DNA of 64,000 nucleotides, taken from the NCBI RefSeq assembly GCF_009914755.1, contig NC_060947.1. One strand, given 5' to 3'. Positions 1-13,929 of this stretch are shown in pieces (the first letter of the stretch is position 1; the number at the start of each line of letters is the position of its first letter). This DNA is from the human T2T-CHM13v2.0 reference genome, Homo sapiens. Made by a program: the position numbers and the translations under genes. The notes under the pieces are model-generated. The model ran no database searches. It was not told the DNA's origin and saw only the letters and a program-made list of their open reading frames with translations.

Positions 1-660
1 GCCGGTAGCTGGGGATCAGCAGTAAACAGCCCAGAGAGCAACGTTCCCTGCCCTTGTGGAGCTCACATCCTCATGGGGCGGTCAGACAGTACGTGCACAA
101 TGAGCAAATGAAACATACAGTGTTGGGCTAGTGGTAAGGAAGCAGTCCACAGGCCTGTGGGCAACAGCAGCAGAGGGAGCCCCAGGAGCTGCTGCTGGTT
201 GGGCAGAGCCTTCTGTGGAGGTACCCTTGGGCAGGGCTTGAAGGAGAAAGCAGAGCTGCCTGCGCAGAGGCAGAGGGGGAGTTCCAGGTTGCGGTGAGGC
301 CAAGGATATGGGCTGGAGTGGGGATGGACCGGGCACTACGGGGTGAAGGACAGTAGCAGAGAGAGTCAGGAGATGATGGGGCCCGTGTGAGGAGAGGGTG
401 ACGGAGGCCAGGCCACGCAGAACCTCGCAGACCAAAGCTGCTTCGCAGTCGGTTCTGAGTGCTTAGGAGTGTTGAGGATGGGTGTTCAGGAGCGACATGG
501 CATCACGTGATTTACATGCCAACATCATGACCCGGCTGCAGGGTTGGAGGGTATGTGTTTGATGCGGGAAATAATGGGAAACATGGAGGTATCTCAGGAG
601 CTCAGTGATTGATCGTGGCAGAGTGGAATAGAAGGAGGGAGAGAGATGCTGGGGTTCAGG
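1..660 (-). mobile_element. Old LINE-2 fragment in CT45A intron 2 (starts ~17236 in copy 2; present in every unit)
   Basis: ctggggatcagcagtaaacag...ccctgcccttgtggagctcacatcc resembles the antisense L2 3' region; boundaries approximate. Confidence 0.6.
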
Positions 661-719
661 AATTTTTTACAGTATTTAGAGAAGAGAAGACAAAGAAATG
701 TAGAAAAAAACAATGATGG

Positions 720-1010
720 GGTCGGGGGCGGTGGCTCGTGCGTGTAATCCCAGCACTTTGGGAGGCTGAGGTGGGTGGATCACCTGAGGGGGGGAGTTCC
801 AGACCAGCCTGGCCGACATGGCGAAACCCCATCTCTACTAAACTTACAAAAATTAGCTGGGTGTGGTGGCTGGTGCTTGTAATCCCGCTACTCGGGAGGC
901 TGCGGCAGAAGAATCACTTGAACCCAGGAGACGGAGATTTCAGTGAGCCGAGATCGCGCCACTGCACTCCAGCCTGGCTGAGAAGAGCGAAAGTCCATCT
1001 CAAGAAAAAA
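720..1010 (+). mobile_element. Alu (S-like), intron 2; copies at ~17984, ~35233, ~52485
   Basis: gtaatcccagcactttgggaggctgagg...gagccgagatcgcgccactgcactccagcctgg plus an A tail. Confidence 0.93.
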
Positions 1011-1232
1011 ATGATAGGGATTCACCAATACGGACAAGAAATTAAAAAAAAAAAAAGATTGTCGGAAATGGAAATCCTAGAAGGTTTTCATGAAGAAGCG
1101 AGTGAACAACTGTCAAATGCTGCTGAGAAGTTAATGGCAATGTCAGCCGAAACTGTTAACCTTGACAAGGACAGTTTCTCTGGAGGGGATGAGGCAGGAG
1201 CATGAGGAGGACGTGAGGACAGGCTTACTTAC

Positions 1233-1401
1233 TCTTTTCTTTGGACATGGCAGAGCCTGCAATAAGGCTGTCTCCTGCTCCTTGTTTCCTTGCCAACAGG
1301 GCCATCCTCTGCCTTTTCTGATACGAAGGACTGTCACATTCCCTGGGACGTTTAAACACAGTTTCAGGATCTACAGCCACCTTCTCTGTTTTATCGGTCA
1401 T
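1233..1401 (-). CDS. CT45A: CT45A family gene, copy A, first coding exon (exon 2); downstream exons lie left of the window
   Basis: ttttcag|gaaacaATG; translates [56 protein letters not shown]; donor A|gtaagt at 1232. Confidence 0.95.
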
Positions 1402-1899
1402 TGTTTCCTGAAAAACATCAATGAATATATTCTATTCATGACAAAAATCTAACAATCACAAAATGGCAAGCAATCTGCATATGTGTATACAACCAAGACT
1501 TTGAATCATTAATTTCACTTTTAATCATGAGCCAAGATTTACCAAGTCTCAACAAACACTCTGTTCTCAGGAAAAGAAACCTAATTTTAATGTACACAAA
1601 GTAAAACAGAAGAAAGATGGTATAACCAAATCAATCAGAATGCTTGTGGAATAAGCAGCTGTCATCAACCAAAAATAGATAAAAATATTATTACCTATTT
1701 GAAGATGTATAAGCCAATCTGTATTAACCCTTATTAGAAAAAATGGATGTATAAACCAATCTGTATTAACCCTTATTATACATTATATTTTAAATTATAT
1801 ATTATATATCATATATATTTAATATATAAGTATTTATGCTTATATATTCAAATAGATGCATAAACCAACGTGTATTAACCCTTATTAGGAACCCTTATT

Positions 1900-2822
1900 A
1901 GAAGATTGATACAAAACTGATAACAACATCTGACAAGGAATTTAGAAGAATGAAAAACTACAAGATCAAGCCAAAAATACAAGCCAAGATCACCCCGAAC
2001 TTAGACACAAAAATTCCAAACTAAGGGTGAGCAAATAAAATGTACTAGTACTTAAAAAGGACATACATCAGCCATGGTGGAGTATATTGCAGAAAGGCAA
2101 CACTGATTTAACATTTGAAAATCGACAAATGTAGTGCACCACATTAACAACAACAACAACAACAACAACAAAAACAGGGAAACACCGCATGATCATTTTC
2201 ATACATGGATCAATGTTTAAAGTCCATTCGTGATAAAAACTATCACCAACTTAGGAAAAAGGGCAACTTTCCTATTCTGGTTAGCATATGTACAAAAAAT
2301 TTTTAAATGCCATACTTCATAGTGACGTATCAGTATTTTCTCCCTGAGTTTGAAAACAAGACAAAGATGTCCACTATCCATTCAACAATTTACTGGAGGT
2401 TCTAAAAAGTGCCATATCATCAGGAAAATACAATAGGTTTAAAATTTGGAAAGAAATAAAACTGTCATTATTCACAGATGACATTGTTCTGTACATAGAA
2501 AAATGCAGAAGAATAAAATCATTACAGTTAATAAGCAAATTTAGTCAACTTACTAGATACAATGAAAACCAATGGCATTTCTGTATAATGAATAGCAATT
2601 CTGTATAATGAATGGCATTATACAGAATGGCAATTCTGTATAACGAATAATTAGAATATGAGATTTCAAATGTCATTAAAAACAGTTCCAAAAACATCAA
2701 ATATTTAGGAATAAATCTAATCAAGATGTGCTAGAGTACTTCACAAAAATTATAAAACATCACTCAGAGAAATTCAAGACTGCAGTAAATGGAGAAAAAT
2801 ATTCTTTCCATGCATTGGAAGA
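1900..2822 (+). mobile_element. Degenerate old L1 (L1M-type) ORF2 fragments in intron 1
   Basis: aaactgtcattattcacagatgacat, atatttaggaataaatctaatcaagatgtg and cattggaagac are L1 ORF2-like. Confidence 0.65.
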
Positions 2823-2824
2823 CA

Positions 2825-2978
2825 TTTTTTTTTTTTTTTGAGTCGGAGCCTCGCTCTGTCACCCAGGCTGCAGTGGAGTGGCACAGTCTCTGCTCACTGC
2901 AACCTCCACTTCCCAGGTTCAAGCAATTCTCCTGCCTCAGCCTCCTGAGTAGCTGCGATTACGGGCGCCTGCCACGAC
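2825..2978 (-). mobile_element. Antisense Alu right arm (left arm missing)
   Basis: poly-T then gagtcggagcctcgctctgtcacccaggctg...cctcctgagtagctg. Confidence 0.88.
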
Positions 2979-3345
2979 GCTGGATAAAGAAAATGTGGTA
3001 CATATACACCACGGAATACTATGCAGCCATCAAAAAGAATGAGTTCATGTCCTTTGAAGGGACATGTGTCAGCAAGCTAACACAGGAACAGAAAACCAAA
3101 CACCACGTGTCCTCACTCATAAGTGGGAGTTGAACAATGAGAACACATGGACGCGGGGAGAAGAACATCACACAGTGGGGCCTGTCAGGGGTTGGGGGGC
3201 TAGGGGAGGGATAGCATTAGAGAAATACCTAAGGTAGATGACGGGTCAATGGGTGCAGCAAACAACCATGGCATGTGTCTTCCTATGTAACAAACCTGCA
3301 CGTTCTGCCCATGTATCCCGGAACTTAAAGTATAATTTTAAGAAA
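2979..3345 (+). mobile_element. L1PA 3' end (ORF2 C-terminus and 3' UTR) fused directly to the Alu fragment
   Basis: [25 protein letters not shown]; ggggagggatagcattag; aacttaaagtataat. Confidence 0.9.
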
Positions 3346-3899
3346 AGGAATATTATCGTAATGGCATTGGGTGAGTCAAAGATGTTTCTTAAAATAATAA
3401 AAAGCACTATCCATAAATAATACACTAATTAATAAAATTAAGAGAATCTGTTCATCTACAACACATTATTGAGATCGTGTAAAAGCAAAAAAGATTTATA
3501 GAAGATACTAAAATTGTATATGTATTTTTGTATATGTACATATACGCCTGTGTGCCTGTGCGTATAACTCAAATACAGAATATATGGAAACTACAAATCC
3601 ATTTTTAAAATACAAACATCTCAGTAAAAGCTGGGGGAAAATACCTGAAAAGGAACTTCATAAAAGGCATAGTTAAATGACCAATAAACACATAAAATGG
3701 TGCTAAAAAAAAAAAAAAGAAAACAATAAATAGCTGGGTGTGGTGGCACTGCAATCCAGTCTGGGTGACAGAGGGAGACCTCATCTCAAAAGACAAACAA
3801 AAATCAATAAATAAAAACAATTTCTTAAAAAGGTGCTCGATCTCATTAATCAGCAGAGAAATGCGAGTGTAGACATAAGGAGAGATCACTGCACACCCA

Positions 3900-5330
3900 T
3901 CAGAGTGGCTGGAATGAAAGACTAACTGTACTGCGAGTGTTCGAATGTGGCACAGCTGGAACCTTCGAATATTTCTGGACTCCCATTCCCACACAGACAC
4001 CTGAGGCTGTGGCTGAAAGGTCAGATAGAATCCCAGGAAAGAGCTCCTTCAGAATTGCGATCAACCAACCGAGGAAAAGCACCCCAACCTGGGTCGAGAC
4101 AGAGTTCCCAAGGTCACGTGGCCTCCTTCATGGCTGACACAGAGCTCCCTGAGTCCCACCATAGGCTTAGAGAATCCAAGGAACATTACCCCATTCCCCG
4201 GCGGCACCGGGAGAGAGCACCTACAGATAATAATTTTAAAAACCCAGCACCAAGAGAAAGCATCCATCCAGTAAGCGTCCACAACGGGGATAAGCAGAAC
4301 CAAAGAAAAGCCAACACATTGTAACTGAGAGCGAGCAACATCCGAGGACAAATGCGCCTCACGGCCGACATCAGTACCCAAGGAAGAGTCCACCAGAGGT
4401 TGAGATAAAGCCCCCGACAGTGACCCCACAGGGCTACGATCATGTGTCCGGGGCACAGCCACCCCCACCACGTTCCATGAGCACAGATAGTGACCCCAGG
4501 GCAGAGTCCCCCCTCAGGACAGCGACTGAGCGGGAAAGAAACACCGCCGCACCCGAGGCCGACACAGGCAACCAAGGCATGGCCCCCACCCCCCGGGCTC
4601 AGGTCATTTCAGCAGGAAAAGTCGCCTTTTCCATCACCGACAGGGAGCCCCCAAGAAGAGCCCCCAAGAAAAGCCCCCTGGCCCCACAACATAGCCGAGA
4701 CGGGGTGCCCAAGGAAAACGCTCCCCCGCGGCTGACACAGGCGCCCATGGCAGTGTCCCCAGAGCTAAGCCACTTCCCCAAGGGAGCCCTCCCACACACC
4801 GGACAGAGAACACCACAGAAAAGACTCTTTCTGAGGAAAAAGGACACTTTCCAGGGCGAAATTAAAGCATCCAGGGAAAAACTGCCCACTCACAGTCCTG
4901 AAGTCCTGACCTTGCTGGAGGAGAGACGGCGGCACCTCACAAAATGGCAGTGAAGTTGTGGCGCCTCCCCACTGGTGGCACTTTCTAGAAACCTGCCCTC
5001 TGGGAGTTGTGGGAAATGTGCCCCCTAGGGCACCTGGGAGTGATGTGCATGGGGAGGCGTCTCACCAGAAGCACCGATCCCGTTTGGCCCAAGGGGGATG
5101 GGAGGAAGGGAAGTAGCCAGCCACAGCGTGCCTGCCCCAGCCGAACACTGGGAACCTGTTGGGGGCGCCAGAGTGCTGAGGAGAAGCCTCGTGCCCCAGA
5201 GAACCAGGAAGCGCAGCCCTCCCCTTCGCTGACTCTGGCGCCCTCTACAGGCGACCTTCAGTACCAACTGCACAGCAACGTATGCGTAGGAATGCAGAAC
5301 CTTCTCACCCAGCGGGATGAAATCGCCTGG
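3900..5330 (-). promoter_or_regulatory. GC/CpG-rich promoter and 5' intron 1 of CT45A copy A, with a YY1-like CAAAATGGC at 4940-4948
   Basis: Sharp rise in GC and CpG relative to the AT-rich flanks; surrounds exon 1; CT-X promoters are typically methylation-controlled. Confidence 0.65.
4894..5050 (-). other. CT45A: CT45A copy A non-coding exon 1 (5' end approximate)
   Basis: ...caaggtcaggacttcaggact|gtgagt donor at 4893 inside the GC-rich island; joins to gaaacaATG of exon 2. Confidence 0.75.
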
Positions 5331-5560
5331 GTAACATAGTGAGACCCCGGCTCTACAAAGCAACCAACTAATCAAAAAAGAAAGAAAGAAAGAAAGAAAC
5401 ACACAAATTAGCTGGGCCTAGTGGCCTCGCACCTGTGGTCCCAACTACTCGGGAAGTTGAGGTGGGAGGATGGCTTGAACCCGGGAGGTGGAGGTAGCAG
5501 TGAGCCACTGCACTCCAGCCCAGGCGGTAGAGGAGACCCCACCTCAGAAAAAAAAAAAAA
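5322..5560 (+). mobile_element. Alu (5'-truncated, J-like) with a GAAA middle region and A tail
   Basis: gcctgggtaacatagtgagacccc...ggtcccaactactcgggaag...gagccactgcactccagcc. Confidence 0.85.
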
Positions 5561-5657
5561 AAGAAAGAAAGAAAGAAGGAAAAGATAAGAAAAAGAAAAA
5601 GAACAACAACAAACTGCAATTTTCATTTGAGGGGGTTGTGTTTTAAAGTCAACCCCG

Positions 5658-5972
<315 letters not shown>

Positions 5973-6029
5973 AAGTCAACCTCTATCTGTTAAAGGTAAC
6001 CATTATTGTTAATTGATAAGAAAAATGAG

Positions 6030-6295
6030 GGCCCCAGTGCGGTCGCTCACGTCTGTAATCCCAGCAATTTGGGAGACCAAGAGGGGTGGATTCCTTGAGC
6101 CCAGGAGTTCAAGAGCAGCCTGGGCAGCATGGTGAAACCCCATCTTAACACAAAATACAAAAATTAGCTGAGCGTGTAACTGTGGTCCCAGCTGCTCGGG
6201 AGGCTTGACACCAGGAGGTTGAGGCTGCATTGACCTTTGTTCGCACCATTGCACTATAGCCTGGGTGACAGAGTAAGACTGTCTACAAAAAAAAA
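6030..6295 (+). mobile_element. Alu (J-like)
   Basis: cttgagcccaggagttcaag; ccaggaggttgaggctgca. Confidence 0.9.
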
Positions 6296-6497
6296 GAAAG
6301 AAAGAAAGAGAGAAAGAAAGAAAGAAAGAGAAAGAAAAAAGAAGGAAGGAAGGAAAGAAAGAACGAAAGAAAGAAAGGAAGGAAGAAAGGAAGGATGGAA
6401 GAAAGAAGGGAAGAAAGGAAGAAAGGAAGGATGGAAGAAAGAAGGGAAGAAAGGAAGAAAGAAAGAGAGAAAGAAAGAAAGGATGGAAGGAGGGGAA
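6290..6497 (+). repeat. Purine-rich (GAAA/GGAA)n microsatellite grown from the Alu tail; copies at ~23550, ~40802, ~58051
   Basis: ~200 bp of almost pure A/G. Confidence 0.95.
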
Positions 6498-6530
6498 ACC
6501 TTATTATATTGCATCTATTAATCATTTTAA

Positions 6531-6897
<367 letters not shown>

Positions 6898-7030
6898 TGA
6901 ATTGTCCATAGTGGTAAAAAATATTACAGCGAAATTTTTCGAGTTTTAATGGAACAGGCAGTTTCACTATTGACACAATTATTTGGAAGGGATTACTTCA
7001 CTGGTTTTGTAATTCAAAAGTTATGTTTGT

Positions 7031-7260
7031 AAAAAACTTAAAATTAAAATTAAAAAATATAGCCAGGCATGGTGGTGGGCACCTGTACTCCCTGCTACTA
7101 GGGCAGCAGAGGCAGGAGAATCACTTGAACCTGAGAGGTGCAAGCTTCAGTGAGCAGAGATCGCGTCACTGCACTCCAAAGGGGCAGAGATCCATTGTCA
7201 CTGGGGGACAAAGGGAGAGTCCGTCTCAAAATAAATTAATTAATTAAAATTAAAATTAAA
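7031..7260 (+). mobile_element. 5'-truncated Alu (right arm) with TSD aaa(g/a)ttatgtttgt
   Basis: tagccaggcatggtggtgggcacctgta...gaggcaggagaatcacttgaacc; TSD at 7017-7030 and 7259-7272. Confidence 0.82.
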
Positions 7261-7487
7261 AATTATGTTTGTTAAGTACCCTGTTAGAAGAGAGTCATAT
7301 TCAGTATTACACCTTCTTAGCCTATTGTGTTAATATTTGCCTGTGCTTCAGAACCTTCATAGAACACATTTTCTTTTGGAATATATTTGATTGATAGGAA
7401 AGCTTAAACATTGTTTTCACTTTGATGTAGGAACAGTTGTTTTGTTTGTTTCCTCTAGTGCTATCAAAATAAAATACTCATTTTTTG

Positions 7488-7589
7488 CATTAAAAAAATC
7501 CCACCAGAGCAGTACTCATAGGAGTATTTGATTGAATAACCATGAGACTGGAATCTTGTTGGGGCTTAATTAGAATCCTGCCTACCACA
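7488..7589 (-). mobile_element. MLT1 (ERVL-MaLR) LTR 5' end fragment
   Basis: Reverse strand reads tgtggtaggcaggattctaattaagccccaacaagattcc...ggttattcaatcaaatactc, the typical MLT1 start. Confidence 0.7.
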
Positions 7590-8300
7590 CAAGCCACAAG
7601 TGGACAGCTGCATACGACAGTCCTGACTGGGACAGCCCTGAAGGACAGTGATGAAGGGAAATCCTCCCAGAGGGAAGAACTTTGAGCAGTGCACCTTCTT
7701 GGAGGAGGCATATCCAGACGTGTAAGTATGTATCATGCATAGGCTGTGTCCCACTCATTCGCTGAATTGTCAGGGACTTTGAGAACACACGATTAAAAAT
7801 GTGTGACAAAGAAGTCTGAGAAAAAAAAAATATGTGGACAGGCCTGTCCAAACGGACATACAATGTGAAGATATTGGGGTCTCATGAGAGTTCTCAGCAA
7901 AGGGTATCCTCAGCAGAGCAGAATTTTAATAATCAGATGGATAAGGTACTTATTATCTAGGTATTAATCAGCCTCTTTCCCTAACACGTGTGTCACAATC
8001 TTACCGGCTCAACAAACAAAGTGGTCAAACTGGCAGGGTTGGAGATCATGCGCAGTAGCATGGACCTCCACTCACCATGGCAAACCTGGCTACGGTCATT
8101 GCTGAGTGAAAAATCTTCCAGGAATGGAGACCAACACTAAGCCCCCAATTTGGCACCAGACTCCAGAATGATCTGCCAGCCACTAGTTGGTATGTGGATT
8201 ACAATAGATCACTTCTATTATAAAAAGAGAAGTGCTTTCTTCTTACCTGAACAGACATTTAGTCTAGATATGGATTTTCCTTCCCACTTGCAGTGCTTTT
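7590..8300 (+). mobile_element. ERVL-class internal remnant: RNase H to integrase N-terminus (decayed); copies at +17260, +34512, +51761
   Basis: Frames read KWTAA..GTALKDSDEGKSSQ.EEL*AVHL, VKILGSHESSQQRVSSAEQNFNNQMDK, RPTLSPQFGT..WYVDY..YGFSFP, matching HERV-L pol motifs. Confidence 0.82.
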
Positions 8301-8794
8301 GAGAAAACCAATGTTTGTATCTCGGCTTCCAAAATTCTGGAAAGCGCTAGTTCCTCAAGTTCCTAGGGTTATTCATTCTGGAGACTCTAGTATACTCTGC
8401 AAGAAAACCTGTAGGCCATCCACCAAAATGCCCAAATGGAGTCACTCTTAAATAACGAGCCCTGCATGTTTCCAGAAACTCTAATTATCAGTGAAAAGTT
8501 TACTATGGCAGCGATTTCGCCACCCAGGGCAATTGGAGAATGGCAGATACTAGGGACCATTAACTCTGTGAAAGCTGTAGAAGACTGCAGTCAAGACAGT
8601 TACAGAACCAAAAGTGACAGTCTTCTATTTTCGATGTTTGTACAAAGAGGACATACAATTAATAAAGTGGTCGAGGAACAGGTTTCTGCTTTAATACCAA
8701 AAACTAACATAGAAACCTGTAAAGGTGTCCAAGTATAGTAATCCTTTTCCTGTGTATTTGGTTAAGATTTAAAACTGAAGCTTTCTTTGTTAGC

Positions 8795-9070
8795 TTTTTT
8801 AAAATTATAGATGCCAGAAGGGTACATGTACAGATTTCTCGCTTGGATATAATTGCACAGTGCCGGGGTTTGGGCTTCTAGTGAACTCATCACCCAAATA
8901 GTGAAGAGAGTATCCAATAGGTAGTTTTTCAACCCTCCGACCCGCTCCCTCCCTCCCCTCTACCTCCATTTTGGAGTCCCCAGAGTCAATGGTTTCTACC
9001 TTTATTTTCATGTGTACCCATTGTTTAGCTCCCACATATGAATGAGAACACGCAGTATCTCATTTTCTGA
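8795..9070 (-). mobile_element. Older primate L1 (L1PA13-16/L1PB-like) 3' UTR fragment, antisense
   Basis: gggtacatgtacagat...catcacccaaatagtgaa...aataggtagtttttcaaccct...tgtttagctcccac. Confidence 0.8.
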
Positions 9071-9114
9071 TTATCAGATTTTGCTTCTGCGTTTCACTTA
9101 AAAGTGAAGTTTTC

Positions 9115-9490
9115 ACCGGACACAGTGGCTCACGCCTGTAATCCCAGGATTTGGGAGGCAGAAGCGGGTGGATCACTTGAGGTCAGGAGTTCCAGACGAG
9201 GCTGGCCAAAGTGGCGAAACCACATCTCTACCAAAAATACAAAAAATAGCTGGGGCCCTGCGCAGTGGCTCGCACTTGCACTTTGGGAGTCTGAGGTGGG
9301 CATATCACTTGAGGTCAGGAGTTTGAGACTAGCCTGGCCAACATGGTGAAACTCTGTCTCTACTAAGAAATACAAACAATTAGCCAGGTGTGATAATGCG
9401 TTTCTATAGTCCCAGCTACACAAGGAGGCTGAGGCAAGAGAACTGCTTGAACCCGGGAGGTGGAGGTTGCAGTGAGCCGAGATTGCACCA
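9115..9490 (+). mobile_element. Composite Alu: two left arms plus one right arm, 3'-truncated with no tail
   Basis: cacttgaggtcaggagtt occurs twice (~9175, ~9306); ends at gagattgcacca. Confidence 0.85.
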
Positions 9491-10242
9491 TAAACTTAAT
9501 CAAATTGTTGTTCCAACTGCAGCTGCTGTACTACAAGTGGTTTTGTTGTGTCAGCAACTGTGACATCCCTCGGAACCTGATATACAATACTGATTAGGTG
9601 AATGTTTGGCTTTCTTTCAGTAATTGTCGTAAACAAGAATTTCAATTCAGCTAGAAAGGACAGCAATGTACTATCATTTCCTATTTCAAGCTTATATCAA
9701 CTCTCTAGGTTTATATCCTAAACGAGTTCTTAGGGAAAATGGCCACCTTTCTCTTAAACCAGATGTGACACCATTCTTTGCAGTGATGACATCATGCCGA
9801 CTGAAAAGGAGGCAGCAACTAATCCAGACATGGTAGCAACACACTTGCAAGACATTATGTGAGAAATAATTCTCACACAAAATCAGGGGCCTTCTAACTG
9901 AGTGAAGCGTTTAACAATCTGGTAGTCTGGCATGTCAAGATGGTGGTTATAAGGTGAACAGCAAGTTCTTACATCTTGCCTTTCTTACTACTAAATAAGG
10001 AACATGAAACGAGTTGCATAATCGATGCTTGTTTTAGCATATACCTAAATGTTGTGCAGTACCGTGGACCCATTGACAAGTGACTGAAACCCTGCTAGCA
10101 TGGACCGGGGCCCAGAAAAAGAGAAGCTTCCCTAATCCTGCACCTGTGGTCTCATGTGGAGTTCCCTGAGACCAGTTGACTAGAAAATAAAAAACATCAT
10201 GCCTGATTTTCATTTGTTACTTCAGAATATGCAGGCACCACA
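9489..10242 (+). mobile_element. ERVL-class reverse transcriptase and tether remnant (decayed)
   Basis: HKLNQIVVPTAAAV, KGQQCT, YINS, DDIM at 9785 (YIDD-like), then GVP*DQLT...A*F...YAGTT. Confidence 0.82.
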
Positions 10243-10595
10243 TCTATTAGGTTTGTTACTAATGCAAAAGAAATTGTCCCCGATTCAGCAGCTTAAAATA
10301 ACACAAATATATAAGCAGTTCTGTAGATCAGAAATCCATGCAGCCTGGATTGGTTTCTCTGCTTAGGATCTCACAAAATCAAAGTTAGGGTATCAACCAG
10401 GCTGCTGACTAACTAAGGACTCAGAGAGAACCTGTTTTCAAGCACATTTGGGTTACGGGCAGGTCTAACTTCTTAAAGTTGTGGAACTGAGGTAGCCGTA
10501 TACTTGCGGTCTTGGCTGAGGCCACTCTAAGCTACCTGAGACCCCTCCATACCTACTTGGGTGCACCCCTCTATCTTCTAAGCAGTAATGGTGCA
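10243..10595 (-). mobile_element. MLT1 (ERVL-MaLR) LTR 3' portion
   Basis: tattagg...gcttaaaataacacaaat...cagttctgtagatcagaaatcc...ctctgcttaggatctcacaa is the antisense MLT1 3' end. Confidence 0.75.
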
Positions 10596-10597
10596 TC

Positions 10598-13264
<2,667 letters not shown>

Positions 13265-13332
13265 GTACCTGGCACAATTAATATTTGTTGAATAATTGAA
13301 TGAATTAATTTTTTAAAAAAAAGCATAGAATG

Positions 13333-13630
13333 GGCTGGGTGCAGTGGCTCATGCCTGTAATCCTAGAACCTTGGGAGGCTGAGATGGGCAGATCACTTGA
13401 GGCCAGGTTTCGAGACCAGCCTGGACAACATGGCAAAACCCCATCTCCACTAAAAATACAAAAATTGCAGCGTGATGGCACCTGTGGTGCACCTGTAATC
13501 CCAGCTACTTCGAAGGCTGAAGCACAAGGATCGCTTGAACTGGGGTGAGGTCGAGGTGGCAGTGACTTGTGATCGTGTCACCGCACTCTAGCCTGGGCAA
13601 CAGAGCAAGATTCTGTCTTTAAAAAAAATA
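13333..13630 (+). mobile_element. Alu (J/S-like) with 15-bp TSD AAAAAGCATAGAATG
   Basis: TSD at 13318-13332 and 13630-13644 flanking a full dimer. Confidence 0.92.
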
Positions 13631-13659
13631 AAAAGCATAGAATGTTCAAGTCGTATCTG

Positions 13660-13876
13660 GAAACAACAGCCTTACAGGGACTGCTACTGCAGCTCCAAAT
13701 TATTGTATCAGACCAATCCTATCTAGGAACTACCTTTATTATATATATTGGATATACCCCCCCACACACGCATACATATATATATATGGGGGTGTATATA
13801 TAATATGTGTAATGTGTATTATATGTATAATGGGAGATTAGAAAGTGTGTGTGTGCATGTATATATACCCCCTACC

Positions 13877-13929
<53 letters not shown>

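Noticed and set aside
738-1205. 155-aa plus-strand ORF
   Set aside because: It is Alu-derived, and its frame changes with poly-A length between copies (155, 156 and 118 aa).
4085-4820. Repeat-spacer-like pattern as a CRISPR array
   Set aside because: The DNA is eukaryotic, the repeats are highly degenerate and irregularly spaced, and there are no cas genes.
4420-4953. 177-aa plus-strand ORF overlapping exon 1 antisense, intact in all four units
   Set aside because: It starts at GTG, lies in stop-poor GC-rich degenerate repeats and has no recognisable domain. Persistence across near-identical copies is not evidence of selection.
8436-8738. 100-aa plus-strand ORF with an ATG start
   Set aside because: No recognisable homology, promoter or splice context; the length is compatible with chance.
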